This document shows, in pieces, positions 8,928 through 18,594 of a stretch of DNA of 39,438 nt. Position 1 is the first letter of the stretch; every line of letters starts with the position of its first letter. The stretch is from a virus (lineage: Duplodnaviria > Caudoviricetes). Below the pieces are notes generated by a model. That model did no database searches, was not told the origin of the DNA, and saw only the letters and a list, made by a program, of their open reading frames with translations. The translations under genes and the position numbers were made by a program. The stretch spans positions 1-39,438 of IMG/VR virus record IMGVR_UViG_3300025251_001740; one strand, written 5' to 3'.

Positions 8928-11176
8928 GGTGAAGGTGAAGTCGCAGGACCTCCAAAAAATTCATCCGCTAAAAGTCCTAGTTCGCCTTCCATTTCTGCTT
9001 CTGATGTAGCCGAGTCTTGAGTGTGAAGTAAACTCATATCCCCTTGATCAAAAGCATAATCCAGTTCCGTTTGTTCTGCTGATCGGACAAGTTTTTCTAA
9101 CTCAGCAGTAATATCAACTGCGGATTGTCCTGATTGTTCTAAGAGTGAGGTGTCTAAACCCTCAAGCATTCTTGCTGCAAAAGCTTCAGCCACACCTTCA
9201 GGAGCCCCTGCCATAGTACCACCAACTGCTTTCTTTGCAGCACCCATTATCTTATCTACAATATCATCAGGAATATTCCCCGGTGTCATGCCGGGGTTTT
9301 TAGCAATAAAAGTATTTATCGCTGAATCTAAGAACGAGTCTTGTAAAATATCAGCCCCCCCATAACCACCCCCAATAGCGGTATTCCAAGCACCAGCGAA
9401 TTTCCCCATCATGTCTTGTAACTGAGTTGCAGACTTATTAAATTCTTCAATTGCCTCTTCACTCTCATCGTCAAGTCCAAATCCCCCGTCCTTGGCATTT
9501 TGAATTATTGTTCTAGAAGTCATCGTGGGATCCCCTGCTGCTGAAAACCTAATTTCATTTCCCCAACTATCAGCCATTGCATCTAGAACTTGAAATGCAA
9601 TACCTCCATCACGACTAGCAATTTCGCCCATTTCTTCTCGCATTATTTTCATTGCAGCAGGAGTTTCATTCGCTGCTTGGAACTTCAGAAAGGAATTAAC
9701 AGCAGACAAAACATTATCTCCCATTCCCGGACTAGTAGCATTCCAGTATTGAGCCAATTGTCCCGCATACCTCAAAAAAGATGTTTCACCACTTACTGCC
9801 TTACCTGACATTATCTCCTCTTGCCCAAAAGTATTAAAAGCAACGGGACGGATATAGTCTCCCCCTATATTTCCTGTTATATCTCTTATCGTATCAGGAT
9901 GGAATAAAGGATTCCATGTAGTACCTTCAACCACACCATCAACCCAATTACGAGTAGACATTGAATGACCTTCGGCTTCAATTTGTTCTGGACTCATTCC
10001 CAATCTTTCCATAGCACCTACAAGCCTAGCTTCATTCCAATCTTCTTGAGAAACCCCTTGAAGATTAGCCATACTTTCTTGAAATGCGGCACCACCACCA
10101 AGACCTGCATCATCAATTTGAGTTGTACTAAAACCCATATCCAAAAGTCCACTTCTAACTTGTTCTTCTTCTGCTGATCGCCAACCATTAACTAGGGATA
10201 CTAATTGTTCACCTTTTGCTATTAATCCCCCTTCGCCTTTTCTTGCTCCCCTCGTATCATAACCTTTAAATATTTTCCAAAATTCATCGTAACCCGCTAG
10301 AGATTCCGCTGATGTTCCCGAAGGAACTTGGATTCCACCACCACCAGCAGGTGCTCCAATCATAGCAGTAAGCCAAGGATCAAAATCCTCTATGTCTTGG
10401 AACTTTCGTTGAAACCATGCACCAATTCCTTTACCTTTAGATGTCGTAACACCTTCCATATCCATATTCAAAAGGATGTTGTGCCATGCTTCCGTATTAT
10501 CCATGATAGAGTTACCAAAACCAGCAGTTACATTTAAAGCTGTTTGCCCCACTTGCAAACCTTTTTGTACCCTTTGTTGTAGTATTGCCCACATGTCTTG
10601 AATTGAAGTATCAAGTGTTCCCATGTCTCGTTCAAGAGCCCGTTGTTTTAAAGTTGTATCAAATGCATTATCTGATACATCTTGTAAATAGTCTTTCCTT
10701 AATTGGGCTATCTCCTCTAACCACTGTTGTTTTTGGTCTCTAGTTCCAGCGACTCCAGAGGGGTAACTAGAAGCAAGACTATGTGCTTGATAGTTAAATG
10801 TATTGCTTCGGTTTGCATTATTGTTAACCGATTGCATTCCATACTTCCTTAACAATGCATCCCTCCGAGTCTCATATTTCTTCCACTTAAGGTCATCTGA
10901 TCTTTGTTGATCAATATTCTTTTGTTCAAATGCTCTCTGCTTATCAAATCCTCGCTGTGTCATTTCCTGACCACGAAGAGTAGCAGCGCGTTGTGCTTCC
11001 GCATTACGTTCAGTAGCCTCAAGAGTATTTTGTGCTTGTTGAGCCCGAGCAGCATCAGCAGCAGCAGCGTTTGCAATCTGTTGTGCTTGAAGACCAAGCC
11101 TTGCCTCCTCTGCTTGGTTTGCTGCTGTCAGTCTTTGAGCTTCTAATACTTGTGGATCTACTGCTTCGAATCCCAT
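8924..11176 (-). CDS. Putative DNA-ejection/internal virion protein
   Basis: 750 aa; Ala/Gln-rich coiled-coil N-terminus, acidic helical body; lies after the tail gene; SD AAGGA. Confidence 0.55.
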   Translation of the reverse strand: MGFEAVDPQVLEAQRLTAANQAEEARLGLQAQQIANAAAADAARAQQAQNTLEATERNAEAQRAATLRGQEMTQRGFDKQRAFEQKNIDQQRSDDLKWKKYETRRDALLRKYGMQSVNNNANRSNTFNYQAHSLASSYPSGVAGTRDQKQQWLEEIAQLRKDYLQDVSDNAFDTTLKQRALERDMGTLDTSIQDMWAILQQRVQKGLQVGQTALNVTAGFGNSIMDNTEAWHNILLNMDMEGVTTSKGKGIGAWFQRKFQDIEDFDPWLTAMIGAPAGGGGIQVPSGTSAESLAGYDEFWKIFKGYDTRGARKGEGGLIAKGEQLVSLVNGWRSAEEEQVRSGLLDMGFSTTQIDDAGLGGGAAFQESMANLQGVSQEDWNEARLVGAMERLGMSPEQIEAEGHSMSTRNWVDGVVEGTTWNPLFHPDTIRDITGNIGGDYIRPVAFNTFGQEEIMSGKAVSGETSFLRYAGQLAQYWNATSPGMGDNVLSAVNSFLKFQAANETPAAMKIMREEMGEIASRDGGIAFQVLDAMADSWGNEIRFSAAGDPTMTSRTIIQNAKDGGFGLDDESEEAIEEFNKSATQLQDMMGKFAGAWNTAIGGGYGGADILQDSFLDSAINTFIAKNPGMTPGNIPDDIVDKIMGAAKKAVGGTMAGAPEGVAEAFAARMLEGLDTSLLEQSGQSAVDITAELEKLVRSAEQTELDYAFDQGDMSLLHTQDSATSEAEMEGELGLLADEFFGGPATSPSP

Positions 11177-11186
11177 TTTTTATTCC

Positions 11187-12431
11187 TTATCCGAATTTTC
11201 GGCTTAACCACTCATTTAAACTTGATTTTCTTCCGGAGATATCATAATTACCGCGTACCCTCCACGATCTAATTGCTTGTTCAAGTCTTTGAGGATCTAC
11301 TGAACTCATATCAAAACCCCACCCTCCTTGAGGTTCTCTATATCCTTTCAGGGCTTTTCTATTTTCATTTGCATTTCTTTTTTGTTCGCTTCCAGGAGCT
11401 CTTATTTTAGATAACCTATCGTACCCCGGCATACTTTGATAACCCAAAAGAGTTGAAAGAACAGATGCTGCTTTAACTGCAGGATTATCTGCCATAAGTT
11501 GTGCATATTCTTTCATACCCTCCATCTCAAATATCTCAGCATTCGCAACGGCTACCATTTCCTCTTGTTTTGCTGTGTTCATTTGATCCGCAATCATTTT
11601 TTCCATTGATACTCTTTGACCTTGTGCGTTCATTAATAAATCTGTTGCTGTATTAGATGACTGCATTTGACCTTGAAAAATTGCATCTTCTGAGGCTAGT
11701 TCTACTCCCATAAGATTTGTTTCTAGTCCTGCTTCTTGACCATAAGCACCTGCTGTCATTCGACCCGCTACTTGAAGCGACTCTTGCCATTGTTGTGCTG
11801 AAGATGCAATTGCTCCTTGCAGACTTTCAGAAATTTCTCTTTCGCTTTCATAACCAATTTGATCTATAACACTTTGAGGGGCACCTGATCTTCGTGCTTC
11901 ATCTTGTGCTTGCATAGATCTTGATCGTTCTCTTGCCGTAGTTCCTCTGACAAGACCTGAAATAGAAGCAGTACTATAATCTTTCATTTCTTGTTCTAAC
12001 TCTTCAAATTTAGCCGTAGATGCTTTTTGCATTGTTCTAGCCATCTCCGAACCTTCCCCGACTATGCCCCTAACTCTATCCGCATATTGTTCCCCTCTTT
12101 GTTCGGCTTGACCTGCTCGGTCCTCCATCATCCCAGACCAATCTTCTACCGCTTCCCTATGTTTACCATAGGTCTCCTCTAATCCCCCCATATAAGTATC
12201 CCATCTCTCTTGGGTTCTCTCGGTATGTCCAGCACGTTCTTTATAATAGTCGTCATACCTGCCCATGGATTCTTTCCATTGGTCTTGTGTTTTACCGTAA
12301 TCACTCTTTAAAGCTTCCCAAAGACCTCCCATGGTAGTACCTCCCCCTTCTGACATGAGCTCTTCTAAATCGCTCATATAATCATCTGCGTTAAATCCTT
12401 CAGATTCTTCATCGTAACCTTGCCAAGCCAT
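11187..12431 (-). CDS. Putative DNA-transfer/pilot-like coiled-coil protein
   Basis: 414 aa; E/Q/A/M-rich helical; TAATG coupling to the tail tube gene. Confidence 0.55.
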   Translation of the reverse strand: MAWQGYDEESEGFNADDYMSDLEELMSEGGGTTMGGLWEALKSDYGKTQDQWKESMGRYDDYYKERAGHTERTQERWDTYMGGLEETYGKHREAVEDWSGMMEDRAGQAEQRGEQYADRVRGIVGEGSEMARTMQKASTAKFEELEQEMKDYSTASISGLVRGTTARERSRSMQAQDEARRSGAPQSVIDQIGYESEREISESLQGAIASSAQQWQESLQVAGRMTAGAYGQEAGLETNLMGVELASEDAIFQGQMQSSNTATDLLMNAQGQRVSMEKMIADQMNTAKQEEMVAVANAEIFEMEGMKEYAQLMADNPAVKAASVLSTLLGYQSMPGYDRLSKIRAPGSEQKRNANENRKALKGYREPQGGWGFDMSSVDPQRLEQAIRSWRVRGNYDISGRKSSLNEWLSRKFG

Positions 12432-15400
12432 TAGGTAGACCTTTCAGTTCTTAGAGTGGGGAGTAACTTACCTTCAATAATAACGGAGAGAAGTCTAAAA
12501 TCAAGGTCGGGACAAAATACTTCTACTCCCGGAGAAAGAGCAACCCCTCTAACGCCATATTTCTCAAACGAAACCCAATTTGTAGACTCCCCCGCGTTAA
12601 TAGATTTAACTATAGTACCGCTTAAGTTCTTAGGAATACCATCTGAAACCGCAGTATCAGAATCTCCCTCAAACAAGAGACCTGTATAAACCAGATCGGC
12701 AGTATCTACAGTATCCGTTGTTGGAGCTCCCGATACTTCACTAAAGTAAGTAGACAAGGAATCAATCAATCTAATTACATGAAGTCCTGAAGGAGTAGGA
12801 TTCTGTGGATCTAGAGGATCATTGTATCCAAGAAGAGAACCCGCCCACCTCACATAGATTGGAGAAAGACCTAAACGGTCACCAGCAACAGGTGAAAATC
12901 CACTACTCTTATTTATAACGGTTATAACTAGACCCGAGATACTTCTTATTTGTGCCTTCTCCCCAATTTTCGTCTCATCAGCAGAAGCAATTATATATAT
13001 AAAGGCACCCGCCCACTCTGCGTCGGTATCTACCAATAAAGGTTGCAATCCACCATGATGTGTTGAATCTGTTGATATCGTTACGGTTGAACTAGTAGCA
13101 GAGTCCACCTTGAATCGAGTATCACCAGTGTGGTGTAATAGAGTTATTCTCTTCTCATTATTAAAATCAGAAGACGCTGCACCAGAAATTACAGACTCTC
13201 TTTTAGAATCCATTACCCAGAGACACGCATCGAAATCATCATTAGCAGTACCTGCATCTGGTTGGTTTTGTAAAAAGAATGCTCTCTCCGTAAGATCACT
13301 ATCCTCATCACTTAGATCAGAATACCATTGTCCTGTCTTTACCAAGTCAAACGGCATATCGTGTAATTCAGAAATCATTGAAGTACTAAACCACATTAAT
13401 ACTGCTTCTTTTAATGTAGGATTTAAAATGAAAAGAACAGAACTTTGAGAGTCATAAGCAATACTAAGATCACTAAAGTTAGACGACCAACCATCAATTA
13501 CCCCGTCAAGGGCATGAAGGCTATCAAGTCTTCCTTGAGCATCAATAGACTTTAAACCCTTATCATTAACATAAAAGGTATGGGGGCCAACACTCTTGAC
13601 TGCTTTTTTATCAACAAGACCATAACCCTCATGTATAGGTAACACTTTGAGATAGGAGATAGTTCCTGTTGTCTCTCTCGTAATGTGCATGACTACATTA
13701 TTACCGAACCCTAATACTGCTCCCCCACTCTTCTCGAAGGTTATAACTTGATTGGATATCTTAGAGGGGACATAGTAGTTTTCAGGAGGGAATAACTCGG
13801 GACTGGTTTCTCGTATGGAAGACCAACGGAACTCTCCCAACCCACGGAACTTATCTAAGGGTCTATCTTCATCAGAAACTCCTACGCTACCATCACCCTC
13901 AATATTCGAAGACAATAAGATCCCATCAAACTCTGTAGCCGTGCCAGCCTTAGGCATGTTCTCATCAAAGATGGAACGATCCGTATAAGGATCTTGATAA
14001 ATCAACGCAAGGTCATCTAAGGTAAAGTAATAGAAAGCCCTTACATAATCACCATCTACAATTCCTGTTCCTGTTTGATCTGAAGCAATATAATCATTAA
14101 GAGTTATGATCTGATCTAACTGAACGATAGATGCAGAATAAGCACCCCCCGCATCTTGTACACGAACAGAACGATAAATGTAAGCCCTACTAAACTTAGT
14201 AGCATCGTACACTATCTCGACACCGATATTAGCAGGAGACAACTCAGTAGATCCTGCCATACCTGTTAACTTGATAAAAGTACTATCACTGGTAGACATC
14301 AATGAGTTACCATCTAAGGTATTCTCGTCATGAGTTAGTGTTAGAGTAAAATCATCACGAGTAGCAGTAATCTTCAAGTCATTATTGGTGTTCGCTAAGT
14401 TAATAGCGTCCATTAACTCGTCTGCAAATTCTGCGTCTGTGGATGCTGCTTCAATGTTTACAGTATAGGCGGTACCAGATCCTGAAGTATCCCCTGCAGA
14501 ATCTCCTTCAAAAGTAAAGGTAACAGCAGCATTGATACCGTCGTTAATAACAATAAATTCTGAGTGTAGATCGTCTTTATCGTTAGTGTCCGTTATTAGT
14601 TGAATAGTACCAGTAGCAGCCGTAACAATTTGTTCTTCTTTTACTTGTGCTACTTCAGAAAGACTTGTCTTTCTTCCTGTATCTGGATCTTCCAACACAT
14701 ATGCAACCGCATAGTTACCCGCCTTAAAATCTGTAAGGTCGGTTTGTAATTGAGGAGCAGGACTAGAATCCCAATAAGATCCGATGCCTTCCGAAACAAA
14801 CACATGAACATTTCCGGGTGCACCATTATCAGGAATAGGAAGACTTCCAATAGCCGTATCATCCTCTGGAGATAAAATTTTAGGTTGAAGACCCGGACCT
14901 GTATCCTCTTCAATTACTACTTCATAATCACTTGCTGCGATTCCTGCACCACCTGTGAAGTTGGTTTTAGTAATACATCCTGCATTGGCAAGAGATAAAA
15001 CAATTGTAGTATTACCTGCACTTCCCAGTACTGTCTGAGTAACAGTACATGAAGTATTATCAGTAGGTACCTCTTCAGCCGTATAATCATCTTGTGCATC
15101 AATAACAGTTCGTAAACTAAGTTCGGTAGCATCTGCAGATCCATTCCCTATATCAAATTTATAAGGAAACGAATCACTTTCAAGAGTATCATTAGCCGTA
15201 ATTACATGAGAAGTAGGGGATCCGTCAGCAGGAATAAGAGTTACTGTATCACCTTGAGTTATTTGACTGTCGTTTGCAATCGTTAAGGAAGCCGTTGCAG
15301 CAGCACGAACAACATAGTTTACATAGAAGAGAATAGGTTCTACACCTTTAACCATGGTGTATATATATCTACCAAAAGATACCACTTCCATTGGGTCTGC

Positions 15401-15796
15401 ACTAGCAACCGCCAACTTTATAGTTTCTCCTCTTTGCCAGTTTCCACTGTCATATCCCAGAATCCTAAAATCTATAAAGATGTCTGATAGATGAGTCGCT
15501 AGTGGTCGTACTGCTCTATAAATAAACCCGAAACCATATTGATCGGTTCCTACTCTAAAAGAGATAGGAAAGACATCTGTGATTCTGGACGAAGTAGAAT
15601 GATTGGCTTCACCGTCAAGAGAAGAGAACTCATGTACCTTCTTAAACCCCGGAAAAGGTCTTATCCCTGTCTTAGTAGAACAATCTGCTCCTACCACTTC
15701 ATAAGCAGATTCCTTAGGAACCGAAGTCCTACTACCACTCTTATTTTCTGTTGTTTTTAATAGAGGATAATTCCAGTTTAACTTTCGCTCATTCAT
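12431..15796 (-). CDS. Tail tube/nozzle protein (P22 gp10/T7 gp12-like) with two inserted domains
   Basis: 1121 aa, beta-rich; segments FRWSSIRETSPELFP and EGYGLV...TFYVNDKG resemble podovirus nozzle propellers; precedes ejection-like genes. Confidence 0.6.
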   Translation of the reverse strand: MNERKLNWNYPLLKTTENKSGSRTSVPKESAYEVVGADCSTKTGIRPFPGFKKVHEFSSLDGEANHSTSSRITDVFPISFRVGTDQYGFGFIYRAVRPLATHLSDIFIDFRILGYDSGNWQRGETIKLAVASADPMEVVSFGRYIYTMVKGVEPILFYVNYVVRAAATASLTIANDSQITQGDTVTLIPADGSPTSHVITANDTLESDSFPYKFDIGNGSADATELSLRTVIDAQDDYTAEEVPTDNTSCTVTQTVLGSAGNTTIVLSLANAGCITKTNFTGGAGIAASDYEVVIEEDTGPGLQPKILSPEDDTAIGSLPIPDNGAPGNVHVFVSEGIGSYWDSSPAPQLQTDLTDFKAGNYAVAYVLEDPDTGRKTSLSEVAQVKEEQIVTAATGTIQLITDTNDKDDLHSEFIVINDGINAAVTFTFEGDSAGDTSGSGTAYTVNIEAASTDAEFADELMDAINLANTNNDLKITATRDDFTLTLTHDENTLDGNSLMSTSDSTFIKLTGMAGSTELSPANIGVEIVYDATKFSRAYIYRSVRVQDAGGAYSASIVQLDQIITLNDYIASDQTGTGIVDGDYVRAFYYFTLDDLALIYQDPYTDRSIFDENMPKAGTATEFDGILLSSNIEGDGSVGVSDEDRPLDKFRGLGEFRWSSIRETSPELFPPENYYVPSKISNQVITFEKSGGAVLGFGNNVVMHITRETTGTISYLKVLPIHEGYGLVDKKAVKSVGPHTFYVNDKGLKSIDAQGRLDSLHALDGVIDGWSSNFSDLSIAYDSQSSVLFILNPTLKEAVLMWFSTSMISELHDMPFDLVKTGQWYSDLSDEDSDLTERAFFLQNQPDAGTANDDFDACLWVMDSKRESVISGAASSDFNNEKRITLLHHTGDTRFKVDSATSSTVTISTDSTHHGGLQPLLVDTDAEWAGAFIYIIASADETKIGEKAQIRSISGLVITVINKSSGFSPVAGDRLGLSPIYVRWAGSLLGYNDPLDPQNPTPSGLHVIRLIDSLSTYFSEVSGAPTTDTVDTADLVYTGLLFEGDSDTAVSDGIPKNLSGTIVKSINAGESTNWVSFEKYGVRGVALSPGVEVFCPDLDFRLLSVIIEGKLLPTLRTERST

Positions 15797-16280
15797 GGTT
15801 ACATTCTACTCCAATAGTTCTTTGTGTCGCCCCTACAACCGTAGTATATGCGGGTACATCTTTTGATACAACTGTACCTGCTCCTATCATTGAATAAGCC
15901 CCCACTCTTATCCCCGGCAATATTATCGCACCAGCTCCGATGCTGGCACCTTTTTCTATTATAACCCCTAAAGCCTCCCAATCATCAACTCCTAACTTAT
16001 TACCTTCCTCATCTATAGCTCGGGGATGCTTATCATTTATCAGCATCGCTTGTGGTCCTATGAACACACCCTCTCCCAACTTTGCGGGATAGTAGATAAG
16101 AGCACCGTTTCCGATCTTACTATTGGATCCTATTTCTACATGGTGGTCTATGTAGGCATTGGCTCCTATCGTCACATTATCTCCTATCTTGGATTCCTCT
16201 CTTATGTGTACCCAGTGCCAAATAGAACAACCCTCTCCTGCTTTTGCTCTGTTATCTACTATTGCATGTTTTGAGATCAT
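15789..16280 (-). CDS. Hexapeptide-repeat (left-handed beta-helix) acetyltransferase, sugar N/O-acetyltransferase type
   Basis: Hexapeptide repeats (KIGDNVTIGANAYI, EIGSNSKIGN, SIGAGAIILPGIRVGAYSMIGAGTVV); start MISKH at 16280 by ATGA overlap. Confidence 0.88.
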   Translation of the reverse strand: MISKHAIVDNRAKAGEGCSIWHWVHIREESKIGDNVTIGANAYIDHHVEIGSNSKIGNGALIYYPAKLGEGVFIGPQAMLINDKHPRAIDEEGNKLGVDDWEALGVIIEKGASIGAGAIILPGIRVGAYSMIGAGTVVSKDVPAYTTVVGATQRTIGVECNHE

Positions 16281-16888
16281 TTCCAATTCTCTCTTATTTC
16301 TAAAATTATTATTTCTACTGTATCTACCTGTTTTTTCCAAAGGATATTATTTGAACCTAAAAGACTACTTAGATTTAAAAAGTCAAAACTTGATCCGTTA
16401 TTTATATCTCTATTCGTATTGTCTATGTCGGGGTGGTGAGAAAATAATGCGTATTTGAACCTTGATAAATGCTGATCCAGAAATTTTTCTACATCAGATA
16501 GTTCCTGGTGAAATAGTACATCCTTACAAATTAGAAGATCTGCAGGGGTAAAATTATATTCTAATCCGCAGCACTCTGTAAAGTGAACGGTTCCATCAAA
16601 ATTAGAATGCCTCTCATTATTATCACAAACTAAACTCTTTACTATGTCATATCCAAGGTAGGTTGCACCATGAAGTTCTACAAACCTCATCCAATTAAAG
16701 TCTCCACATCCCACATCAACAATGCTTCTAATCTCCTTTTCCTTTATAAAGTCAGAGATTACCTCCACTAGATTAAACTCTTCTATGGCTCTTAGGGTTG
16801 AACCACGACCACAAGGAGTTTCTTCACCTCCACTACACCACTTATTATTCTCAACGATATTTGTAAATTTATCCTTTAAAGAATTCAT
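16277..16888 (-). CDS. Class I SAM-dependent methyltransferase
   Basis: IVDVGCGD motif I, YLGYDIV, DLLICKDVLFH; start MNSLK at 16888 by ATGA overlap. Confidence 0.85.
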   Translation of the reverse strand: MNSLKDKFTNIVENNKWCSGGEETPCGRGSTLRAIEEFNLVEVISDFIKEKEIRSIVDVGCGDFNWMRFVELHGATYLGYDIVKSLVCDNNERHSNFDGTVHFTECCGLEYNFTPADLLICKDVLFHQELSDVEKFLDQHLSRFKYALFSHHPDIDNTNRDINNGSSFDFLNLSSLLGSNNILWKKQVDTVEIIILEIRENWK

Positions 16889-17532
16889 TTCCAATTTTCC
16901 TGTATCCAATCTAAATCTAAATTGTTGGGCTTTGGTTTACCGTGAAAGTAAACAATTCTAGCATCCCCTAAGTCCCTATCCTTTACGTGTACCTTATAAC
17001 TTACAATCGAGCCCGGCAGTATATTGTCCCACAATCTAGGTCTAATATGTTCCCTTAACCACTTCATCTCCGAAAACTGACCAAACAACTCATATAAAGG
17101 ATCGTTTAAGTGTAGTTCCTTTTGATCTACCCACTTATCCCATACATCTGAATTGTCTACGGCAACAACAGCATTACATATAGAGGGGGGATGAATAGGA
17201 TCAAGTGGTGCTATCAATCCCTTGGCTTCTTCTATCTCTTTAAGGGGTCCTACCATGATGGTATCTAGTCCAACAAGAAGTGCTCTGTCCTGAATAATCT
17301 CGGGTCTGAACATCTCCATCAAGCAGACCCATCCTCTCTCCTCATGCTTAAAAGGATATATCTCTATATCATCCTCGAATCCTTCCTCGAAGTCTGTAAT
17401 AACTACAAGTTGTGGATTCTCGCTCCATCTCTTCAAGTTACGATTTAACCTATTTACCCACTCAGGATTATATTCTGCATCAAAATCTATAAATCCATGT
17501 GGGGGTTTGAATAGGGTACATATATACCTCAT
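16885..17532 (-). CDS. Small GT-A type glycosyltransferase (GT8-like)
   Basis: VVITD, LVGLDTIMVG at the DxD position, CNAVV, C-terminal IVYFHGKPKP. Confidence 0.7.
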   Translation of the reverse strand: MRYICTLFKPPHGFIDFDAEYNPEWVNRLNRNLKRWSENPQLVVITDFEEGFEDDIEIYPFKHEERGWVCLMEMFRPEIIQDRALLVGLDTIMVGPLKEIEEAKGLIAPLDPIHPPSICNAVVAVDNSDVWDKWVDQKELHLNDPLYELFGQFSEMKWLREHIRPRLWDNILPGSIVSYKVHVKDRDLGDARIVYFHGKPKPNNLDLDWIQENWK

Positions 17533-18578
17533 TGTTTATTTGGTATGCTGTACCAACCATGAGTATCTTCTAACTCTGGCACAGTGGCCCTCTGTATTGC
17601 TTCTTCATAGGACATAAAAGGAAATAATTCCAGTTTCGAATCTTCCTTGCAGTTATAGATTTGGAACCCTGATCTATCAAACTCAGGTTTTAACTTTTCA
17701 AGAACCTCCCCAATCCAACGATACATATCATTATTCTTATCTCTAACTATGGGCTCTCTGAGTTCGTCCCAAGCATATGCTCCTTTATTCATATCGTTAG
17801 GCATTTCCCAATCACATCCTAATAAGTAAACTTCTTGGAAGCCTAGATAATAAAGAGTCCTCAAAGCTCCAAACATTGTTACTCGGAATCCGCCTTCAGG
17901 TTCTATACCTTTTACTCCTCCCCCCCAATTAGCAGATTTTTCTGTAAACCAAGTCTCGGGATTAAAGGTTGTATTATTAGATAAGAACCAACAGTTAGGT
18001 GCATCCTGTGCCTTAATACCCATGTCTACAATCTCACCCCCCACTCTATGATTCAATCTGTGCTCTTTACGATGCCACGGGACAATCTTCATGATAGAAG
18101 GATCCATCCATCCTTGATTGTGGAATCTTCCCGGAGTATCGAATCCAATCCAGATATCGGGTTTAACCATGCACCACGAATTATTCATCGCCATACTCAT
18201 GACCCCTCGATTATCAAGGAGAGAGAGATCCAAATCATTAAGAGACGGACCGCTGCACACGAGGAATATCTTTGCACCCTTGTAATGGTTCCACCACGAG
18301 ATCCCTTTAGAATCTTTATCCCAAAGAAGCATATCAGACTTCCTCGGATTCCACTTCTTCTCTTCCATAGGAGGAAGCATAGGAGTGGGGGATTGTAAAC
18401 CCTCCATATGAGTAGCAAGAGCAAGAAGCGTATTGTTCACTTCTTTCATTTGTCTAGACATTTTCATGTCTAATTCGGTTAGTTTAGTTTGAAATGCCTG
18501 AGCCACGGGCATTGACATATCTACTTCTGGTTCTTGATATTCTCTAGGTTTCTTAACTGCAGTTTTTATTGTCGCCAT
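17529..18578 (-). CDS. DUF115/Maf-like putative glycosyltransferase with N-terminal coiled extension
   Basis: IFLVCSGPSL, MAMNNSW...PDIW, YYLGFQEVYLLGCD, QIYNC motifs; SD AAGGAG. Confidence 0.7.
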   Translation of the reverse strand: MATIKTAVKKPREYQEPEVDMSMPVAQAFQTKLTELDMKMSRQMKEVNNTLLALATHMEGLQSPTPMLPPMEEKKWNPRKSDMLLWDKDSKGISWWNHYKGAKIFLVCSGPSLNDLDLSLLDNRGVMSMAMNNSWCMVKPDIWIGFDTPGRFHNQGWMDPSIMKIVPWHRKEHRLNHRVGGEIVDMGIKAQDAPNCWFLSNNTTFNPETWFTEKSANWGGGVKGIEPEGGFRVTMFGALRTLYYLGFQEVYLLGCDWEMPNDMNKGAYAWDELREPIVRDKNNDMYRWIGEVLEKLKPEFDRSGFQIYNCKEDSKLELFPFMSYEEAIQRATVPELEDTHGWYSIPNKQ

Positions 18579-18594
18579 TTTGTCTCCTTAGTTT

